Source: a virus (taxonomy: Duplodnaviria > Heunggongvirae > Uroviricota > Caudoviricetes). From it: 8,077 nucleotides of DNA. The translations under genes and the position numbers were made by a program. Positions 1 through 7,381 of the stretch are shown in pieces. The stretch's first letter is position 1, and each line of letters starts with the position of its first letter. Location of the stretch: positions 1-8,077 of the IMG/VR virus record IMGVR_UViG_3300011952_000023. One strand, given 5' to 3'. The notes under the pieces were generated by a model that did no database searches, was not told where the DNA came from, and saw only the letters and a list, made by a program, of their open reading frames with translations.

Positions 1-259
1 CAACGAGGACGCATAACTTTGACACATGCAAAACCATGCACCTGATACATGCATAGTTATTACTTTGTAAAAACATAAAAAAAGGAAATCCCATGAACAA
101 AAATCAAACTATTAATAAAAATTTTTATATCTCTTAGAACAAAAGATTCTGCTTGAACAAAGTAAACTTCTGAGGTAGATCTTTATCGTTTAGCAATATA
201 ATTCATGTTAAACAGCTTAAATATTTATACAATATCATTGGCAATGATGAGGTTTTAAA

Positions 260-1106
260 ATGGAACTTAAATTAAAGAATATAACCAGCTATAAGAAAGA
301 TAGCTTCNNNNNNNNNNGGACTACAAAGAATGCGAATGTCCTTTCATAGATACTTTTCGCCTATTGGTTTATAATACCAAGTTTGTTGAGGATAATTTTT
401 ATAATGCAAAAGAGCAAAAAGGAGTATTCACTTTAAGTAAGGAAAATGCTGACATTGAAAAAGAATTATTGGAAAAAGAAGCTATAAGACAAGACCTACT
501 TACAAAATACCAAGATAAAAAAAACGTTATTGAGCGTTTAATTAAAGATAAAAACAATAAAGAAAATGAATATATTGATTTAATATGGAATAAAGCAGAA
601 CCTTTTAGATCATCTGACTTAAAGATCTTGATGAAAGGTCAGTTAGGAAGCAAGAGATCATTTTATGAGCAAGTTAAAAAAGCCCCTCAAACCACTGACG
701 TTAATATCGAGTCACTTGCTCAAGAATATAGTATTCTTTTAAAGAACAAAGATAAATTCACTGCATCAATTACACCTTTAGAAAAATATATCATTTCAGA
801 AAAAGATAAAGAATCTTTATCCACTCCGATTATAGACTCAAGTAATAGCTATTTGTCAGAAACAATTAAACAACTTCAAAACCTTGACTGGGTGAAAAAA
901 GGGAAGGAATTATATTTAAATGGCACATGTTGCCCATTCTGCCAAGAAGACACTATTAAAGACAAATTTTTAGAAGCAATAGAATCTATCTTTGATGATA
1001 GCTACTCCAAGAAAGTTGACCAAATACGCATTATCAGATCGTCTTATGAATCCGCTACCATAGATAATTTAAAAAAAATAAAACAAGAGATTTCATCTTG
1101 TGAATT
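260..1106 (+). CDS. 5' part of a large AAA_13/RloC-like SMC/ABC-type ATPase (N-terminal strand, coiled coil, CxxC zinc-hook-like motif); interrupted by assembly gaps
   Basis: ATG at 260 with GAGG at 250-253 upstream. The first 16 codons (MELKLKNITSYKKDSF) look like the N-terminal strand of SMC/ABC ATPases. After the N run at 308-317, frame 1 is open from 319 to 1106; the track ORF 364-1131 starts at an internal TTG and its stop lies beyond the second gap, so both ends are artefacts. The sequence is K/E/N-rich as in a coiled coil. CCPFC is at 928-942. No Walker A is visible and it is presumably inside the first gap. Very AT-rich. Confidence 0.6.
308..317. other. Assembly gap (10 N) inside the cargo ATPase gene
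   Basis: Run of n; true length unknown. The reading frame differs on the two sides (frame 2 before, frame 1 after). Confidence 0.95.
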
Positions 1107-1116
1107 NNNNNNNNNN
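1107..1116. other. Assembly gap (10 N) inside the cargo ATPase gene
   Basis: Run of n; frame 1 before, frame 3 after. The apparent stop at 1129-1131 is in the wrong frame relative to the downstream open frame. Confidence 0.95.
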
Positions 1117-2375
1117 CATCATCTCATATAGCGTTATTAGAGGAAATAGCAAACAAAAACTTAAAATTGATGTTAGATAAAATTAATAACCCATCTATAT
1201 CTATTATTTTGGAATCCAATAGCGACCTTGAAGCAAAGGTAGTTGATAATATAACAGAGTACAACAATAGAATTAAAGAAATAAATATTAAAGTCAAACA
1301 ATTTAAGGATAGTGAAAAGTCTATACGTTACAAAATATGGGGAGCAATAAGAGAATTATGCAACGCTGAGTTTGAAGCTTTCTCAAAATATGAGAATGAC
1401 TATAAAATCATTTATGAACAATATCAACTTGAATTAAATGCCATAAAAGAACAAGGAAATAACAATAACAAAAAGATCAAAGAGCTACGCGATCAAATAT
1501 CTAATATTGACGCAACCATAGATTCTATAAATCAACGTCTAAAATTATTAGGAATTTATGGTTTTAGCATAAAAAAACACACTGAGAGCAATGATAAATA
1601 CATCATATCACGTTCTGAAAACACAACAGATAAAGATGTATACAGATCTCTTAGCGAGGGTGAAAAAACTTTAATTACCTTTCTCTACTTTCTAGAATGC
1701 TGTAAAGGTAAGACAGATAAGAATGATACGGATATGCGAGATGTATTTATCGTTATTGATGATCCAATATCCAGCCTCTCTCAAAATTATGTGTACGATA
1801 TTGCCTCAATAATTCACCATGAAATAATCAACAATAACAAAGCAGTAAAGAAAACATTAATACTCACACATAATCTTTATTTCTTTCATGAACTTATCAA
1901 ATTAGCTCCTAGAAGCAAAGAAGATAGAACATTCAAGCGTGATTATTATCTTGGACGAGTAACAAAAAATGAATATAGCATAATTACAGAAATAGAGAAA
2001 AAGAGCATTCAGAATGAATACCAGTCCCTATGGCAAGTATTAAAAGATGCGAAGGATGGAAGGGTAAATAAAGTTATAATACCTAACATCATGAGAAATA
2101 TACTGGAATACTACTTCGCATTTGTTCATAGAACGGATGCATTACAGACAGAGTTAAATAAACTTGCTAGCGATGATAAGAATAATGATTTTAGAGCATT
2201 TTATAGATACATTAATAGAGGTTCCCATTCAGATGCAGTTAATATCACAGACATGGGAGATATATCTCCAGAGAAATATATGGAGCAACTAAAAACCATT
2301 TTTCGTATGACTGGCGATGAAAAACATTATTTGAAAATGATGGACGAAGAGGAAGAGGAAACCGTTACCGCTTAG
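1117..2375 (+). CDS. 3' part of the same ATPase gene: ABC signature, Walker B, H-loop, then a putative HEPN-like/anticodon-nuclease-like C-terminal domain
   Basis: Frame 3 is open from the gap edge at 1117 to TAG at 2373-2375; the track ORF 1167-2375 begins at a TTG, so continuation across the gap is the simplest reading. Motifs seen: LSEGEK (1650-1667), DVFIVIDDP (Walker B/D-loop), LILTHN (H-loop-like). Downstream are RNILE (2091-2108) and RYINRGSH (2205-2228). Acidic tail DEEEEETVTA. Confidence 0.6.
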
Positions 2376-2622
2376 GCCGCATATCATCGGGTTGGGTAAG
2401 AACGACGGTGTTCACACACCGTCTCCCACTTACCGAAACGATAGCGATTGTACTGACGTACTTTCACTAACTTTAACATGAGATTATCTCCATGCCAGCA
2501 CTATTGTTGCCAATAGCAGCCTTTACACCCTTTGTATAAAGCTAATACCAAGAGCAATGCAAGGATACCCCAAGCGGTAACTGGCGTGGATTCTAGAGCA
2601 GCCTAACTAAAAAATCAAAGCA

Positions 2623-4864
2623 TTAATTAAATCCCGGCCACTCATCATTTACCGGATACCTGAAGTTTACCCCCTCATAATTTACGGTTGCCCCACGCGC
2701 CAGCGCCTCAAGCTCCCATCGCTGAGGCCTGATACCGTTATAACCAAGGTCAACGCGGATACGGGTAATTTGCATTCGTTCCGACCGGGTCAGTCTGGCC
2801 GATGGTGCAATTTCATGTGGTTTTAACGGGCTTCCGTTTCTTTGCTGACGATTTGGCATTCTCAGCCCGTGTTTTAATGCGCCCCTGAGCGCCCTCACGA
2901 CCTTCATCAACCAGGTTAAGCACTGCTGCGGCGTGCTCAGAAGGTGTGGGAGCCGGTAACGAAGTATCACCGCCGGTGAGCTTTCCACAGTTATTGACAG
3001 GACTCCGAGGCGCGGCGATGCCGCTTTTTAAAGTCAAAGGCTCAACGACCGGCACTTTCGGCACAATGCGCCAGTCCGTCGTTCTGGTGATATGAATATG
3101 ACGCGCGCCGAGATGCGGTGCGTAAATGCCGACCACTCTCTCGACCTCTTCCTCGTACTCGTTAACGTCATCCGACGGGCTACGGGCGACTCTGACAGTC
3201 TGGCAATCACGCGGAACATTTGCCCCACCCTGCGCGCTGATATACAACGCAAAATCACCACTGTCTGCGGCGGCGCGAGCAGCCTCGACGCGTTCGTCAA
3301 ACTCATCAGCAATACTGACGCCGCGAGGCAATTTGCGTAGTTCACGGTAAGCCCCCATTGTCGGCAGGCCAACCGTTTTAAATTGCGGGATACGCCACGT
3401 TGACGCCCATGCGGTAACAGCCGCTGCAGTGTCTTTCAGCGGCCTGCCGGTATCGTTATCGAGCTGACCATCCAGTGCATAGCCGTCGATGTTTTTTGAA
3501 ATGTATTTCGCGATATATCCCGCAGCACCGCCCCGGTTAAGGTGTTTTGCCTGAAAACGGCTCCGCGCAGCTCCTCTTTCGTCGCCATCCTCTTTGAGCG
3601 CGTAGCGACGCATGATTTCAATAATCTGGTTACGCTGGCGTGGATTACAAAAAAGCATCATATGCCAGTGCGGCGTTCCGTCGTGGTGTGGCTCGACGAC
3701 ACGCAAACCGTAGACCTGTAAATCATTATCCTTGAATGCCGTGCGCATCAGGCTCCAGATACGGCAGAGATAACGCTGCGCATCCTTTGGATTAAATGCC
3801 TCATCGTTCCAGCCGTGATTAAGCTGGACGGTTTTACTTTCGCCTTTTCCGACCTGACGTGTCGGGTGATACTTTGACGGCGTGGTCAGCGTGATAAACA
3901 TCCCCACATCACCCTCTGCGGCGGCGTAACGCTCAATTCCGGCAATGGTGTTCATCAGCTCCATCCGGCGAATTTCAGGATTAGAAATACTGCCCATCAC
4001 CTTACTGATAAGGTCGATGCGCTCGCCGGTTTCCCTGTTTTCAAGGTCACACGATTTAAGAAATTCCAGATTTGCCTGGCGGCGTGCACGCACATCACGA
4101 ATGGCATGTTTACTGGCATAAGGAGAACGGTCTTTATTGACCTCCCCGACAGCAATCAGTAACGCCTCATGCCAGCGCATACGCTGGCCTTTAAGCTGAT
4201 GAGTCCACCACTCATCGTTAAACAGGCGGGCAATGGCAGAATATGCCTGCCTCGTGGTCATCTGTCCTTTACGGTATTTTTTCCAGTAGAGCGGGGAAAT
4301 ATTGAAAGCACGTGCAGCGCCAGCAACATGACCATACAGGTGAGCCTGCGCCTCATCCGTAAACAGCGATTCTTTTTCGCCATGCGCATCCACCCAGGCA
4401 TCGCAGAGTTCCTCATACATCATGAAAAGCTGCGATGAGATACGGGCGGCAAACTTTTTCAGCTCCTTGTCATTCATTCCAGGCAGGCGCGCATAGTGGT
4501 CACGCTCTGCCAGAAACAGCAACGACGCGTCGGTGTTCATTTCATGGCGCTGATTCACACGTTCAATGCGCGGCCATAAACGACGCTGAAAAGTGGATGT
4601 GAGGAAATAAAACCCGTGCACCGGGCTTTTATTGCGCCGGATGTAGTCATAGCGTGAAGTAAACAGCGAACGCAAAAAGTAAGGCAGGCGGTTAATCGTA
4701 GATAAAACACCTTGCACCTGACGCATCTCGTCACGTGTAAGGGGTCTTTCGCGCCCGACAGCCTCGCGTGGCGCGTTCCATGCATAAGCACCGGTAAACG
4801 TCTTACCGGTGCCTGCAGCAAATGCTGACGGAGGGACAAAACGCCCGGAGGCTTTAACGGCCAT
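2623..4864 (-). CDS. A: Replication initiation endonuclease (P2 gene A-like rolling-circle initiator); apparent frameshift near the 3' end (possible pseudogene or sequencing error)
   Basis: Main frame runs 2813-4864. The likely start is ATG at 4864 (MAVKASGRF...); the track start at 4906 is a TTG. It contains an HUH-like motif (TPHWHMML) and paired tyrosines (GYIAKYISK) typical of rolling-circle Rep proteins. The protein-like C-terminus (VVRALRGALKHG...RIRVDLGYNGIRPQRWELEALARGATVNYEG...) is in a different frame (track ORF 2623-2988). Joined length is about 760 aa, as I recall for P2 gpA. Confidence 0.85.
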
Positions 4865-5129
4865 ATGAGCCAAAAGCCTCTGAACAACGCTTGCTGAGTT
4901 GCTCAACCTGCGCGTTTAAATCAGCAAAAGACTTTGCGCTTCCGGTCAGAATATCGTGATGCATCAGGCCGGAAACGAGCTGGCTTAATTTCGGGTAATA
5001 ACCAACCACCGCCAGCCACTCCTGACCGGCGTTTTTACCGCTTTCCGCTCTCTTTTTCTCATGGAGAATAAACTGAAAGCTGTCACTGGTAACGACATAA
5101 CGTTCGCCAATTTCTATACGAATGCTCAT
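4854..5129 (-). CDS. P2 orf83-like early protein (function unknown)
   Basis: ATG at 5129 with GGAG 6 nt upstream. Position immediately upstream of A, with an 11-bp overlap onto the A start. 91 aa. Confidence 0.7.
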   Translation of the reverse strand: MSIRIEIGERYVVTSDSFQFILHEKKRAESGKNAGQEWLAVVGYYPKLSQLVSGLMHHDILTGSAKSFADLNAQVEQLSKRCSEAFGSYGR

Positions 5130-5350
5130 GCCATTCTCCGGTAATGTTTGTTTTTTGCTTCAAAGACTGACTGACAGGAAACACAACGCGTGGCTGACGG
5201 ATAAGCCGCACGACGGGCAGCAGGTATTGGCGCGTCACACTCTTCGCAAACCAGCGCAGAAGCACCGCAATGTTTTACCCTTGCCGCGTTAATCTGGCGC
5301 TCCAGTAATTCAGCCTGTTGTTCCTGAATAAAATCCACGTTGTCCGGCAT
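5126..5350 (-). CDS. TraR/DksA-family C4 zinc-finger protein (P2 orf82-like)
   Basis: ATG at 5350 with AGGAG 7 nt upstream. CEEC...(17 aa)...CVSC four-cysteine motif. Stop overlaps the orf83-like start by 4 bp. Confidence 0.8.
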   Translation of the reverse strand: MPDNVDFIQEQQAELLERQINAARVKHCGASALVCEECDAPIPAARRAAYPSATRCVSCQSVFEAKNKHYRRMA

Positions 5351-5652
5351 TACCAGCTCCTTTTGTCGTTCAGCTTCTTAAATTCATCAGCGCAATAGCT
5401 GGCGATTTCTGTCGTTAATTTCGTCAGTTCATCCACGGAGGAGATTTGCTTATGAAATACAGCGCGTTTAACAAGTAAATTGACCACATCAGACAGGAGG
5501 TTTAATTCGTTCTGATAAATCGCGATAACAGATTCAGTTATTTCGCGTTTTTCTTTATCAAGACCAAGTTGAATAAGAGACAAATCGCCATTTTTCATAA
5601 CGGCGATTTTTAAGGCGTTATTCAGTAATACAACTGAACGAGAACAGGACAT
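5350..5652 (-). CDS. P2 orf81-like early protein (function unknown)
   Basis: Likely start is ATG at 5652; the track start at 5655 is a TTG. TGATG stop/start overlap with the upstream gene. 100 aa. Confidence 0.7.
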   Translation of the reverse strand: MSCSRSVVLLNNALKIAVMKNGDLSLIQLGLDKEKREITESVIAIYQNELNLLSDVVNLLVKRAVFHKQISSVDELTKLTTEIASYCADEFKKLNDKRSW

Positions 5653-5876
5653 CAAAGCACCTCCCCGCGAGACAATCCGATATTGTGAAATTTTTCCGAC
5701 TCCTGACTGAGCAGCTCGACTATCTCTACGCGGGATAACTCCGCCTTTGTGATGTGGCGAATCATGGCGTCAAGATGAGAAGAAAAGCGCGTCGCTGCGT
5801 CGGCCTGTGCTTCGGTTCTGGCCTGTTGCAGCAGTAATGCGTATTTACCGCACTGATTTTCAGAAACTGTATGCAT
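5652..5876 (-). CDS. P2 orf80-like early protein (function unknown)
   Basis: Track ORF 5652-5909 starts at a TTG. ATG at 5876 (MHTVSENQ...) has GGAG 6 nt upstream and is the likely start. 74 aa. Confidence 0.65.
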   Translation of the reverse strand: MHTVSENQCGKYALLLQQARTEAQADAATRFSSHLDAMIRHITKAELSRVEIVELLSQESEKFHNIGLSRGEVL

Positions 5877-5939
5877 GACTTTCTCCAGGCAAAAAGAAGC
5901 CCCGCACAATTAAGTGCGTTAAAAACTCTGGTTAATTAC

Positions 5940-6440
5940 TTAATGCAGATATTGCTCTGGTTTTACCGACGTCAGAATTGTCGGTGCATACTCAAACAGA
6001 CTGAATAATTCACGTAATGCACGGAATAAAGCATCACGCCAGTAACATGACTCTTCATTAATTCGCCAGTATGGCTGGTTGAATTCTTTTTCAGTCAATC
6101 CGGCATGCATAAATAAAGTACGACGCTGACTGACTGTTAAAAAACTAATATATGCATACTCACTTGCGCCAACCTGACGGCGTTTTGAGAATGCACCACG
6201 CAATTCATCAATTGCACAAACCAGCCGTTCACGTTCGACGTCGTTCATTTCTTCAAAACGCATCGTTGCGTGACGCTGTTTTAACTGCGCATGAAAGCAA
6301 ACCGTTAACCGTTCGCGCTCCATCATCTGATTATAATAATCACATGTATCCTGCCAGCGAGGGACGGCAAGATGCTTACCAATTATCCGACGCATAGTTG
6401 CTGGCTGTTTTTCAACGAGATTAAGCGTCATCACTGTCAT
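5940..6440 (-). CDS. B: Phage replication protein B (P2 gpB-like, helicase-loading helper)
   Basis: ATG at 6440 with GGAGGG 8-9 nt upstream. 166 aa, the same length as P2 B and closely resembling it from memory (...GKHLAVPRWQDTCDYYNQMMERERL...). Confidence 0.85.
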   Translation of the reverse strand: MTVMTLNLVEKQPATMRRIIGKHLAVPRWQDTCDYYNQMMERERLTVCFHAQLKQRHATMRFEEMNDVERERLVCAIDELRGAFSKRRQVGASEYAYISFLTVSQRRTLFMHAGLTEKEFNQPYWRINEESCYWRDALFRALRELFSLFEYAPTILTSVKPEQYLH

Positions 6441-6607
6441 TTCCAGACCCTCCGGCTTTTCAGAAAGGTCAGAGCCTTCTTTAACGGACTCTGTTTTTTG
6501 GTGCGGATAATGATTCCCTTGCGTCCCTTCCCGTGGGTGATGGTGAAGTCAATCGCCCTAGGGCTTTCGTTACGCAATAACTGAGCAATACAACGCGGCT
6601 CATTCAT
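6437..6607 (-). CDS. Small basic early protein (P2 orf78-like position)
   Basis: Track ORF 6437-6634 overlaps cox by 25 bp and has no SD. The internal ATG at 6607 (MNEPRC...) has GGGG upstream and leaves only a few bp between the cox stop and this start. Stop overlaps the B start (ATGA). Confidence 0.5.
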   Translation of the reverse strand: MNEPRCIAQLLRNESPRAIDFTITHGKGRKGIIIRTKKQSPLKKALTFLKSRRVWK

Positions 6608-6609
6608 AA

Positions 6610-6897
6610 TCACAACCCCATCCACAAAAGCCATGCATCACGCTGTTCAACCGGTCGGTTATAAAACGCCTCACGTACAGCGCGATTAAACTCAGGAATG
6701 AAAACCCATTTTTCACCGGCACGAGCCTTCGGTTTGCAAGGATCACGTAATTCAAGAATTGGTAATTTATTTGCCTTCACCATTTCACTGACGGCTGTCT
6801 TTGGCTTCCCTAATAAATCAGCAAATTTATCCACATGAACCGCATCCAGCGGATACTGAATCACATAATTTTCAGCGTCCATATATGGTACCCTCAT
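6610..6897 (-). CDS. cox: Cox-like excisionase / early-operon regulator
   Basis: First gene of the minus-strand operon, facing the repressor gene. About 90 aa with an N-terminal HTH-like region and a C-terminal ...RDAWLLWMGL resembling P2 Cox (...DGWLMWLGL) as recalled. Alternative start at ATG 6882 with GAGG upstream. Confidence 0.8.
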   Translation of the reverse strand: MRVPYMDAENYVIQYPLDAVHVDKFADLLGKPKTAVSEMVKANKLPILELRDPCKPKARAGEKWVFIPEFNRAVREAFYNRPVEQRDAWLLWMGL

Positions 6898-7018
6898 AGG
6901 ATCCAGCCCTTTCTAAACCACTCAAAACCGTTTAGACGCTGGTTTATTCTCAAATCAATGGAACCTATATAGGTTCCAGTTTTGAGGGAATTTAGTCCCT
7001 ATATAGGCACCATGTCAA
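6898..7018. promoter_or_regulatory. Immunity switch region between cox and C, with operator-like repeats and a candidate early promoter
   Basis: Perfect 18-bp palindrome GGAACCTATATAGGTTCC at 6960-6977. The core CCTATATAGG repeats directly at 6998-7007. A perfect TTGACA on the minus strand at 7018-7013 (candidate Pe -35) abuts the C start codon, with a weak -10 candidate around 6989-6994. Confidence 0.6.
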
Positions 7019-7312
7019 ATGAAATTAAGCGAAAAGATTAAGGCCTTGCGTGAGGCTGAAGGGCTAAGCCAATCAAAATTCTGTGAAATCATAGAGTTAC
7101 CACTAAGTACACTTAAAAAATATGAAGGAGGAAACTTTGAACCCGGTGGCACAGCTTTGCTAAAAATCACTATGCATCCCACATTCCAAAAATATGCTCT
7201 ATGGCTTATGACAGATAAAACCGCGCCGGACGCAGGACAAATCGCACCGGCTCTCGCGCACATTGGGCCAGAGTCAACAGAGTCCAACCACTCCGCGAAA
7301 AGGATTGGCTAA
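7019..7312 (+). CDS. C: P2 C-type immunity repressor
   Basis: 97 aa. N-terminal HTH-like segment and the C-terminal ...GQIAPALAHIG... match my recollection of P2 C (...GQIAPALAHFG...). Lies directly upstream of int on the same strand, as in P2. Confidence 0.85.
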   Translation: MKLSEKIKALREAEGLSQSKFCEIIELPLSTLKKYEGGNFEPGGTALLKITMHPTFQKYALWLMTDKTAPDAGQIAPALAHIGPESTESNHSAKRIG

Positions 7313-7381
7313 CTCTATATAAAGATTACATTTTCACCATTTGCTACCAAGATGGTGAATACAGCGCCGGAGGGCTTTCTT

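Noticed and set aside
19-60. TTGACA at 19-24 and repeated CATGCA hexamers (25-30, 35-40, 48-53) at the left edge
   Set aside because: No matching -10 at proper spacing and too far from the ATG at 260; promoter-like hexamers are frequent by chance in AT-rich sequence. A possible -10 TATAAT at 197-202 is noted but lacks a good -35.
93-137. 14-codon ORF (MNKNQTINKNFYIS) with AGGA upstream, ahead of the cargo gene
   Set aside because: Too short and A-rich to distinguish from chance in AT-rich DNA; could be a leader peptide but there is no supporting structure.
364-1131. Treating track ORFs 364-1131 and 1167-2375 as two independent genes, for example a two-component system
   Set aside because: Both start at TTG with open frame upstream to the gap edges, and the stop at 1129-1131 is in a frame set by an arbitrary 10-N placeholder. 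A single gene is the more economical reading, but gap closure is needed.
3034-3621. Track ORFs 3034-3372(-), 3092-3340(+), 3126-3350(+), 3436-3621(-) inside gene A
   Set aside because: They lie wholly within the long A reading frame, on other frames or antisense; translations are low-complexity and R/S/A-rich, typical of spurious ORFs in GC-rich coding DNA.
4169-4887. Track ORFs 4169-4438(+) and 4555-4887(-) overlapping A
   Set aside because: Antisense or alternative-frame ORFs inside A, with no RBS context and implausible composition.
6152-6584. Plus-strand ORFs 6152-6397 and 6372-6584 opposite B and the orf78-like gene
   Set aside because: Antisense to a well-supported, translationally coupled operon; no independent support.
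7015-7287. Minus-strand ORF 7015-7287 antisense to C
   Set aside because: Overlaps the recognisable C repressor frame almost exactly; the C translation is the one with family resemblance.
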